Shown piece by piece: positions 37,901-49,900 of a DNA stretch of 64,000 nucleotides (positions are counted from its first letter, which is position 1; each line of letters opens with the position of its first letter). The stretch spans positions 17,608,001-17,672,000 of the forward strand of contig CATNEN010000038.1 of NCBI GenBank assembly GCA_950097015.1, given 5' to 3'. The position numbers and the translations under genes are program-made. The notes beneath the pieces were generated by a model, which was not told where the DNA came from, searched no databases, and worked only from the letters and a program-made list of their open reading frames with translations. This stretch comes from Macrostomum hystrix (Eukaryota; Animalia; Platyhelminthes).

Positions 37901-40900
37901 AGGTTGGGTTCCCGCTCTGATTCAGATTGGAGGCGGTGTGAAGTGCGTGTCCACTGCTCTATTTAGGGTCTTTATGACAGCGGAGTGTTAGGAGTGTCAG
38001 CACACATTTTTTAACGAAAGAGCTGGCGAACCTGAACTTTCTCGTTTGCGTTGAACAGCATGATGCCAAGCAGTGACAGAACCTCCTTTGCAATGGAACT
38101 ATTCGTGGAAGCCAGGTGCGGCAGAGCGTGCTTCATCAGGTCGAATGAGTTTAGAGTGGACTGAATGTCCGAGATGGTTCGTAGACCACTGAAACGACAT
38201 TAAAGCCAAAATATTACAGTCCTAACCACCATTAGGATATATAAAATATAATATAATATGATTATATTATATTCTATTGCATTCTATTCTATTCTATTCT
38301 ATTCAACTCTATTCAGCCGGGACAGGCCGCTCACCGCTTCACTCGAAACTCAGACATGCGGACTTCCCATTCGTCCGGCAGTTTCCGTTCCTCATTGTGA
38401 ATGAAGGCTCGAAGGATTTGTAAGACCCGCACAGTCAGACGCTCCTGATCTCGGCGACTATTGGCCTCCTGACTAGTCGGCTTGGAGACGTGCTGCGAAC
38501 TCGATACCGACGTGATTCTGGGAAAAATAGAAAAAGAAAAAAATCGACTGGCAAAGGCATAACAGGCCCCCTAAATTATTTACGCTGAAATAGAAAATCC
38601 TTTTTTCCTTGATTTCTTCTCTGTACTTCAACCAATTTTGCGTATTGCACTACTAAAATCCCTTAGTAATATGTATAACATTGGTTCATTACATCATGTT
38701 ACAACGCATCAAAATCTCAGGTCTTATAAACACTTTTTATATTCATTTTTCAATGCATATCGTAATGATTGAAACTATCAGTGCCGATACTCTACAATCG
38801 AGGTATTTGCCAGGTATTTGACACGCATATTCCAAGGTCCACTAGAAGAAGAATGATGGGACACTTCGTTTCTTGGAAAAAGTTATTATTAAAGGCTAAT
38901 TTTTACGAAAAAATGCACTAGCGAGATAGGAAATCTTCACGTTTTATTCACATTCAAATGTTGATAACTTTTTATTGGAATCAGATTCAACTCTGTTCTT
39001 TTAAAATAACTTAGAAAACATGCTGCTTCAAGGAATTTTGTAGCCAAGTGGTAAGAGCGTCTGACTTACGACTTGAAGGTCGGGGGTTCGGTTCTTAGCT
39101 CCCCTGGAACAATTGGTGTCCGTAAGCAACATACTTACATCTGCATTGCTTCAGTTCGCTCAGCTGTTAAATGGGTACTCAGCATTAGCTGGGCTAGTTG
39201 AGGGTGGGTGTGGCGTCCCCCCAGTCCATGGACTGGAACAGCCGAACGCAGCCTTTAAATGTTATAAAAACTGATGAACTTATTTGACAGGTATGTCCAT
39301 GTGTCTGACAGTTTATATCCTTGCTTTGGACAGATATGTCGTGACATGTGACAGGTATATCCTTGTATTTAAAAACTGTAATTTATATATTGTATTTAAA
39401 ATATGTGGGTTTCCCAGGTAAGATACTAGGATTTGACAAGTTGATTTTTAAGTTCGGCAGGTATTTCAATAGTGTTTCACAATGTCTTCAGAGCTAATTT
39501 ATTGAGACATTCGGCTAGCTCAGCGCCCTGATCAGTCTGGGTGCTGCCAGCATGGCGGCTGAGAAGAACAAAAGGCCGAACGCGGTCATGCGCATGATCG
39601 TACCGATACTCAGACTGAACCAGTGCGGCCTAGTCATGCCCCTCAGGTCATAGCCAGACTCCGTGATCAGCAGGGTGAGGTAGAGCACATTGCCGACTAA
39701 ATCATCTGCTTGCAGCCGATTAGTTTTCAGCCTTTTCAGCAGCACGTGAAACAATTTCTGATTGACTCGAGCCTCGTCGTACAGCAGCTGCTCAAGGTAA
39801 TCGGACATGCTGAGTCTTTGAAAGTTTAGCTTCTAAGACACTTATCGAGTGGCAGCTTTGACTGTTGATACTTCTTTAATATAGCGTCAAAGGGTTTCTA
39901 CCATAGACAAAGCAATGAAAATGTAATCAGTTGGTTAGAGCTTCCGACTTCTAACCGAAATAATTAAAATTAATAATAATTGATTACACCTGCCACAATA
40001 GGGCCAGATGTGCAGCCGACAGCACAGCCGCAGCTATTGCGCGGCGCATCTGAAGACTGGGTAACGCTGTTCAGTCCATGGACTGATGGACTGGGGGGAC
40101 GCCACACCCACCTTCAATTACCCCAGCTATTGCTGGTACCCATTTAACAGCTGGGTGAGCTGATGCACTGCAGAATCTTTAGTTAAGTGGTTTGCTAAAT
40201 GACACAAATTGTTTCAGTGGATCGAGTCGGGAAACGAACCCCCGACCTTCAAGTCGTGAGTCCGACGCCCTAACCACTAGGCTACAACCACTAGGCTAAC
40301 CGAAAGCAAGTCACTTCTATCTGCCCTGACTTTCTAATCGTCAGGCAGTGTACACTCTCTCTGTGACTTGGAGGTTGGCCCTCAAGGGTGTAAATTGCAG
40401 GACATGCCCCAAGCCTACTCTACGCGGCTGCGCCCCAAATAAATGTAGCCTCGCCGCGGAATCGAGCTCAGGGACCTTGGTGCGGGATCGAATAATCATG
40501 CTAAGAAATCCAATCTTACAGTTGCTATAAAGTTTCTAGCACTTTCTTCATTCCCAAATAAACGCTTTCTAAAAAAGGATTCCCCTATATGAGCCCAAGT
40601 TTCTAAAAATACGCTCGTAGCTAACTCTAATTTTTGTATTTTACCTTAGTCCGCTAACTAGCAGTCTGGCCAGCTTGTAACGAAGTTCCGGCTTGCGACT
40701 GTTCAGATTAACAAAACAGCGAACGTGATTTTGAAACTCTTCGTCAAGGGGCAGCGCTTCGTCACCGCCTACGCAGGTGTATTCTGCGGGTTGTCGATGA
40801 GAATCAGAGTGAGAAACGATGAGAATCACTGTGAGAACCGATGAGAATCAGAGTGAGAACCGATGAGAATCACTGTGAGAACCGATGAGAATCACTGTGA

Positions 40901-43900
40901 GAACCGATGAGAATCAGAGTGAGAACCGATGAGAATCAGAGTGAGAACCGATGAGAATCAGAGTGAGAACCGATGAGAATCACTGTGAGAACCGATGAGA
41001 ATCAGAGTGAGAACCGATGAGAATCAGAGTGAGAACCGATGAGAATCACTGTGAGAACCGATGAGAATCACTGTGAGAACCGATGAGAATCAGAGTGAGA
41101 ACCGATGAGAATCAGAGTGAGAACCGATGAGAATCACTGTGAGAACCGATGAGAATCACTGTGAGAACCGATGAGAATCACTGTGAGAACCGATGAGAAT
41201 CACTGTGAGAACCGATGAGAATCACTGTGAGAACCGATGAGAATCAGAGTGAGAACCGATGAGAATCACTGTGAGAACCGATGAGAATCACTGTGAGAAC
41301 CGATGAGAATCAGAGTGAGAACCGATGAGAATCACTGTGAGAACCGATGAGAATCACTGTGAGAACCGATGAGAATCAGAGTGAGAACCGATGAGAATCA
41401 CTGTGAGAACCGATGAGAATCACTGTGAGAACCGATGAGAATCAGAGTGAGAACCGATGGGATCAATGTGCGAACCGATGAGAATCACTGTGAGAACCGA
41501 TGAGAATCACTGTGAGAACCGATGAGAATCACTGTGAGAACCGATGAGAATCAGAGTGAGAACCGATGAGAATCACTGTGAGAACCGATGAGAATCACTG
41601 TGAGAACCGATGAGAATCAGAGTGAGAACCGATGAGAATCACTGTGAGAACCGATGAGAATCACTGTGAGAACCGATGAGAATCACTGTGCGAACCGATG
41701 AGAATCACTGTGAGAACCGATGAGAATCACTGTGCGAACCGATGAGAATCACTGTGAGAACCGATGAGAATCACTGTGAGAACCGATGAGAATCACTGTG
41801 AGAACCGATGAGAATCACTGTGAGAACCGATGAGAATCAGAGTGAGAACCGATGAGAATCACTGTGAGAACCGATGAGAATCACTGTGAGAACCGATGAG
41901 AATCAGAGTGAGAACCGATGAGAATCAGAGTGAGAACCGATGAGAATCAGAGTGAGAACCGATGAGAATCACTGTGAGAACCGATGAGAATCACTGTGAG
42001 AACCGATGAGAATCACTGTGAGAACCGATGAGAATCAGAGTGAGAACCGATGAGAATCACTGTGAGAACCGATGAGAATCACTGTGAGAACCGATGAGAA
42101 TCAGAGTGAGAACCGATGAGAATCAGAGTGAGAACCGATGAGAATCACTGTGAGAACCGATGAGAATCACTGTGAGAACCGATGAGAATCACTGTGAGAA
42201 CCGATGAGAATCAGAGTGAGAACCGATGAGAATCAGAGTGAGAACCGATGAGAATCACTGTGAGAACCGATGAGAATCAAAGTGAGAACCGATGAGAATC
42301 AGAGTGAGAACCGATGAGAATCAGAGTGAGAACCGATGAGAATCAGAGTGAGAACCGATGAGAATCAGAGTGAGAACCGATGAGAATCACTGTGCGAACC
42401 GATGAGAATCAGAGTGAGAACCGATGAGAATCAGAGTGAGAACCGATGAGAATCAGAGTGAGAACCGATGAGAATCAGAGTGAGAACCGATGAGAATCAC
42501 TGTGAGAACCGATGAGAATCACTGTGAGAACCGATGAGAATCAGAGTGAGAACCGATGAGAATCACTGTGAGAACCGATGAGAATCACTGTGCGAACCGA
42601 TGAGAATCACTGTGAGAACCGATGAGAATCACTGTGCGAACCGATGAGAATCACTGTGAGAACCGATGAGAATCACTGTGAGAACCGATGAGAATCAGAG
42701 TGAGAACCGATGAGAATCACTGTGAGAACCGATGAGAATCACTGTGAGAACCGATGAGAATCACTGTGAGAACCGATGAGAATCACTGTGAGAACCGATG
42801 AGAATCAGAGTGAGAACCGATGAGAATCACTGTGAGAACCGATGAGAATCAGAGTGAGAACCGATGAGAATCACTGTGAGAACCGATGAGAATCACTGTG
42901 AGAACCGATGAGAATCAGAGTGAGAACCGATGAGAATCACTGTGCGAACCGATGAGAATCACTGTGAGAACCGATGAGAATCACTGTGAGAACCGATGAG
43001 AATCACTGTGAGAACCGATGAGAATCAGAGTGAGAACCGATGAGAATCACTGTGAGAACCGATGAGAATCACTGTGAGAACCGATGAGAATCAGAGTGAG
43101 AACCGATGAGAATCACTGTGAGAACCGATGAGAATCACTGTGAGAACCGATGAGAATCACTGTGAGAACCGATGAGAATCACTGTGAGAACCGATGAGAA
43201 TCACTGTGCGAACCGATGAGAATCACTGTGAGAACCGATGAGAATCACTGTGAGAACCGATGAGAATCACTGTGAGAACCGATGAGAATCACTGTGAGAA
43301 CCGATGAGAATCAGAGTGAGAACCGATGAGAATCACTGTGAGAACCGATGAGAATCACTGTGAGAACCGATGAGAATCAGAGTGAGAACCGATGAGAATC
43401 AGAGTGAGAACCGATGAGAATCAGAGTGAGAACCGATGAGAATCACTGTGAGAACCGATGAGAATCACTGTGAGAACCGATGAGAATCAGAGTGAGAACC
43501 GATGAGAATCAGAGTGAGAACCGATGAGAATCACTGTGAGAACCGATGAGAATCACTGTGAGAACCGATGAGAATCAGAGTGAGAACCGATGAGAATCAG
43601 AGTGAGAACCGATGAGAATCAGAGTGAGAACCGATGAGAATCAGAGTGAGAACCGATGAGAATCAGATGTGAGAACCGATGAGAATCAGAGTGAGAACCG
43701 ATGAGAATCAGAGTGAGAACCGATGAGAATCAGTGTGAGAACCGATGAGAATCACTGTGAGAACCGATGAGAATCACTGTGCGAACCGATGAGAATCAGA
43801 GTGAGAACCGATGAGAATCAGAGTGAGAACCGATGAGAATCAGAGTGAGAACCGATGAGAATCAGAGTGAGAACCGATGAGAATCAGAGTGAGAACCGAT

Positions 43901-46900
43901 GAGAATCAGAGTGAGAACCGATGAGAATCAGAGTGAGAACCGATGAGAATCAGAGTGAGAACCGATGAGAATCAGAGTGAGAACCGATGAGAATCAGAGT
44001 GAGAACCGATGAGAATCACTGTGAGAACCGATGAGAATCAGAGTGAGAACCGATGAGAATCACTGTGAGAACCGATGAGAATCACTGTGAGAACCGATGA
44101 GAATCAGAGTGAGAACCGATGAGAATCACTGTGAGAACCGATGAGAATCACTGTGAGAACCGATGAGAATCACTGTGCGAACCGATGAGAATCACTGTGA
44201 GAACCGATGAGAATCACTGTGCGAACCGATGAGAATCACTGTGAGAACCGATGAGAATCACTGTGAGAACCGATGAGAATCACTGTGAGAACCGATGAGA
44301 ATCACTGTGAGAACCGATGAGAATCAGAGTGAGAACCGATGAGAATCACTGTGAGAACCGATGAGAATCACTGTGAGAACCGATGAGAATCAGAGTGAGA
44401 ACCGATGAGAATCAGAGTGAGAACCGATGAGAATCAGAGTGAGAACCGATGAGAATCACTGTGAGAACCGATGAGAATCACTGTGAGAACCGATGAGAAT
44501 CAGAGTGAGAACCGATGAGAATCAGAGTGAGAACCGATGAGAATCACTGTGAGAACCGATGAGAATCACTGTGAGAACCGATGAGAATCAGAGTGAGAAC
44601 CGATGAGAATCAGAGTGAGAACCGATGAGAATCAGAGTGAGAACCGATGAGAATCAGAGTGAGAACCGATGAGAATCAGAGTGAGAACCGATGAGAATCA
44701 GAGTGAGAACCGATGAGAATCAGAGTGAGAACCGATGAGAATCAGTGTGAGAACCGATGAGAATCACTGTGAGAACCGATGAGAATCACTGTGCGAACCG
44801 ATGAGAATCAGAGTGAGAACCGATGAGAATCAGAGTGAGAACCGATGAGAATCAGAGTGAGAACCGATGAGAATCAGAGTGAGAACCGATGAGAATCAGA
44901 GTGAGAACCGATGAGAATCAGAGTGAGAACCGATGAGAATCAGAGTGAGAACCGATGAGAATCAGAGTGAGAACCGATGAGAATCAGAGTGAGAACCGAT
45001 GAGAATCAGAGTGAGAACCGATGAGAATCAGAGTGAGAACCGATGAGAATCACTGTGAGAACCGATGAGAATCAGAGTGAGAACCGATGAGAATCACTGT
45101 GAGAACCGATGAGAATCACTGTGCGAACCGATGAGAATCACTGTGAGAACCGATGAGAATCACTGTGCGAACCGATGAGAATCACTGTGAGAACCGATGA
45201 GAATCACTGTGAGAACCGATGAGAATCAGAGTGAGAACCGATGAGAATCACTGTGAGAACCGATGAGAATCACTGTGAGAACCGATGAGAATCACTGTGA
45301 GAACCGATGAGAATCACTGTGAGAACCGATGAGAATCAGAGTGAGAACCGATGAGAATCAGAGTGAGAACCGATGAGAATCACTGTGAGAACCGATGAGA
45401 ATCACTGTGAGAACCGATGAGAATCACTGTGAGAACCGATGAGAATCACTGTGAGAACCGATGAGAATCACTGTGAGAACCGATGAGAATCACTGTGAGA
45501 ACCGATGAGAATCACTGTGAGAACCGATGAGAATCACTGTGAGAACCGATGAGAATCAGTGTGAGAACCGATGAGAATCAGAGTGAGAACCGATGAGAAT
45601 CACTGTGAGAACCGATGAGAATCACTGTGAGAACCGATGAGAATCAGAGTGAGAACCGATGAGAATCACTGTGAGAACCGATGAGAATCACTGTGCGAAC
45701 CGATGAGAATCACTGTGAGAACCGATGAGAATCACTGTGAGAACCGATGAGAATCACTGTGAGAACCGATGAGAATCACTGTGCGAACCGATGAGAATCA
45801 CTGTGAGAACCGATGAGAATCACTGTGAGAACCGATGAGAATCACTGTGAGAACCGATGAGAATCACTGTGAGAACCGATGAGAATCACTGTGCGAACCG
45901 ATGAGAATCACTGTGAGAACCGATGAGAATCACTGTGAGAACCGATGAGAATCACTGTGAGAACCGATGAGAATCACTGTGCGAACCGATGAGAATCACT
46001 GTGAGAACCGATGAGAATCAGAGTGAGAACCGATGGGATCAATGTGCGAACCGATGAGAATCACTGTGAGAACCGATGGGATCAATGTGCGAACCGATGA
46101 GAATCACTGTGAGAACCGATGAGAATCACTGTGAGAACCGATGAGAATCACTGTGAGAACCGATGAGAATCACTGTGAGAACCGATGAGAATCAGAGTGA
46201 GAACCGATGGGATCAATGTGCGAACCGATGAGAATCAGAGTGAGAACCGATGGGATCAATGTGCGAACCGATGAGAATCAGAGTGAGAACCGATGGGATC
46301 AATGTGCGAACCGATGAGAATCAGAGTGAGAACCGATGGGATCAATGTGCGAACCGATGAGAATCAGTGTGAGAACCGATGGGATCAATGTGCGAACCGA
46401 TGAGAATCACTGTGAGAACCGATGGGATCAATGTGCGAACCGATGAGAATCACTGTGAGAACCGATGGGATCAATGTGCGAACCGATGAGAATCACTGTG
46501 AGAACCGATGATAATCACTGTGAGAACCGATGAGAATCACTGTGAGAACCGATGAGAATCACTGTGAGAACCGATGAGAATCACCGTGAGAACCGATGAG
46601 AATCACTGTGAGAACCGATGAGAATCACTGTGAGAACCGTTGAGAATCACTGTGAGAACCGATGAGAATCACTGTGAGAACCGATGAGAATCAGTGTGAG
46701 AACCGATGAGAATCACTGTGAGAACCGATGAGAATCACTGTGAGAACCGATGGGATCAATGTGCGAACCGATGAGAATCACTGTGAGAACCGATGAGAAT
46801 CACTGTGAGAACCGATGAGAATCACTGTGAGAACCGATGAGAATCAGAGTAATAATAGATTAGAAATGGTATGAGGTTGGGTTAGAATCATTAAAAGTCG

Positions 46901-49900
46901 TGAGTCAGATGAGTAGAGAAGACTGCTCAAGGTTTGTTACTATGCACACTAACCTCTATCCGAGCTGTACTTTAGCTGTGCTTTAACAGTGTTATGTCCG
47001 CCCCACAGCAAGCTCAAGTTGACGGCCATAGTTTTAAGCTTAGAGTTTAGTATAATCTCCTGTTCGTAGTACTCTTTGTTGCCCTGTTTTAATAACAAAG
47101 ACATTTTAATTTTTATGAAATAAAGTTTTAGGAAAACTCAGTGCTCAGATAATTAAATAATTCTCACCGATTTCATCTGGGCCACGGTGTCTAAAAGTTT
47201 GGTGCCTTTGCCGATGTTTTCAACCACGGCTTCCATGATCTGATAATTAACGAATATTTTTTTCAGTTCGCAAAGAGAATTTTCCCGTCTCCCTCATGCC
47301 CCCCTTTTAACTCTATTCCCTCTCCCAAATGTACCTATTCTTGTTAATCTACCTAATATCCCTAATCTATCCAATCTTACAATTCTCCCCAATCTACCGA
47401 TTTTCCCTAGTCTCCCGATTCTCCCGATTCTACCAATTCTCCCAATTCTCCATGTTCTTCTCAATTCCCCTTCTCCCTATTCTCCCAAATCTCCCCATTC
47501 TTCCCATCCTTCCTACGCTCGTATTCTCCCAAATCTCCCAATTCTCCAAAATCTCCCCATTCTTCCCATTCTCCCTATTCTCCCAAATCTCCCTATTCTC
47601 CCAAATCTCCCTATTCTTCCCATCCTCTCTATTCTCCCAAATCTCCCTATTCTTCCCATCCTCTCTATTCTCCCAAATCTCCCTATTCTCCCAAATCTCC
47701 CAATGCTCCCAAGTCTCCCTATTCTCCCAAATCCCCCTATTCTCCCAAATCTCATAATTCTCCCAAATCTCCCAATTCTCCCAAATCTCCCCATTCTTTC
47801 CATCCTCCCTATTCTCTCAGATCTCCTAATTCTCCCAAATCTCCCTATTCTCCATTATCTTCCCAATCTCCTCATTCTCCCAATATCCCCATTCTCCCCA
47901 TGTTTCTCTCTCTGGTATCAAGTAGCCACAGGCACGGATCTCACAGATGGATTATGCGAGCTCTTCTTAACCAGCGTGCTCAAACAGGCCACCATCTGGG
48001 TGAGTATCTTCGGCTCAACAATGATCGCGGCCATCTGGCAGCAGAAATCGATCGCCGATTCGGTCAAGCGGTCGAAGATCGCTCGCTCCCTACTGAAGTC
48101 TTTGTCCTCTTCGGCCTGGTAGAACTTGTTAGCAAACACCTGCAGGAATGGGAACACAGAGTCGAACACATAGTGCAGCGAGGCGTGGCCGCGGAAATCG
48201 TCCTCTCGCATTCGAACCACGGCGCTGTTTTGGCGTAGTGACAGGTGGAATAGTCAAAATTTTTTTGTCTGGCGGAATTTAATTCCATTTCCTTCGTTAT
48301 GAGCCAGTCGGGCCTATCGATTTAATCTAACGGGTCTCTCTGAGCTTCTCTGACTTTCCTGTCTCTATCTGACCCTCTCCTGACTCTCTCCTGACTCTCT
48401 CTCTGACTCTCTCTCTGACTCTCTCTCTGACTCTCTCTCTGACTCTCTCTCTGACTCTCTCTCTGTCTCTCTCTCTGACTCTCTCTCTGACTCTCTCTCT
48501 GACTCTCTCTCTGACTCTCTCCTGACTCTCTCTCTGACTCTCTCTCTGACTCTCTCCTGACTCTCTCTCTGACTCTCTCACTGACTCTCTCTCTGACTCT
48601 CTCTCTGACTCTCTCCTGACTCTCTCCTGACTCTCTCTCTGACTCTCTCTCTGACTCTCTCTCTGACTCTCTCTCTGACTCTCTCCTGACTCTCTCTCTG
48701 ACTCTCTCCTGACTCTCTCTCTGACTCTCTCTCTGACTCTCTCTCTGACTCTCTCTCTGACTCTCTCTCTGACTTTCTCACTGACTCTCTCTCTGACTCT
48801 CTCCTGACTCTCTCCTGACTCTCTCCTGACTCTCTCCTGACTCTCTCCTGACTCTCTCCTGACTCTCTCTCTGTCTCTCTCTCTGACTCTCTCTCTGACT
48901 CTCTCTCTGACTCTCTCTCTGACCCTCTCCTGACTCTCTCTCTGACTCTCTCTCTGACTCTCTCCTGACTCTCTCTCTGACTCTCTCACTGACTCTCTCT
49001 CTGACTCTCTCTCTGACTCTCTCCTGACTCTCTCCTGACTCTCTCTCTGACTCTCTCTCTGACTCTCTCTCTGACTCTCTCTCTGACTCTCTCTCTGACT
49101 CTCTCTCTGACTCTCTCCTGACTCTCTCTCTGACTCTCTCTCTGACTCTCTCTCTGACTCTCTCTCTGACTTTCTCACTGACTCTCTCTCTGACTCTCTC
49201 CTGACTCTCTCCTGACTCTCTCTCTGACTCTCTCCTGACTCTCTCCTGACTCTCTCCTGACTCTCTCCTGACTCTCTCACTGACTCTCTCTCTGACTCTC
49301 TCCTGACTCTCTCCTGACTCTCTCCTGACTCTCTCCTGACTCTCTCCTGACTCTCTCCTGACTCTCTCCTGACTCTCTCCTGACTCTCTCTCTGACTCTC
49401 TCTCTGACTCTCTCCTGACTCTCTCCTGACTCTCTCTCTGACTCTCTGACTCTCTCTCTCTGACTGTCTCTCTCTGACTCTCTCTCTCTGACTGTCTCTC
49501 TCTGACTCTCTGACTCTCTCTCTAACTCTCTCTCTCTGACTCTCTCTCTCTGACTCTCTCTCTGACTCTCTCTCTGACTCTCTCTCTGACTCTCTCTCTG
49601 ACTCTCTCTCTGACTCTCTCTCTGACTCTCTCTCTGACTCTCTCCTGACTCTCTCTCTGACTCTCTCTCTGACTCTCTCTCTGACTCTCTCTCTGACTTT
49701 CTCACTGACTCTCTCTCTGACTCTCTCCTGACTCTCTCCTGACTCTCTCTCTGACTCTCTCCTGACTCTCTCCCGACTCTCTCCTGACTCTCTCCTGACT
49801 CTCTCACTGACTCTCTCTCTGACTCTCTCCTGACTCTCTCCTGACTCTCTCCTCACTCTCTCCTGACTCTCTCCTGACTCTCTCCTGACTCTCTCTGACT

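Noticed and set aside
39515-39660. Resemblance of the nested ORF tail (MTRPHWFSL + hydrophobic segment) to Bcl-2 C-termini
   Set aside because: No BH1 NWGR or BH2 GGW motif; too weak to call without a profile search.
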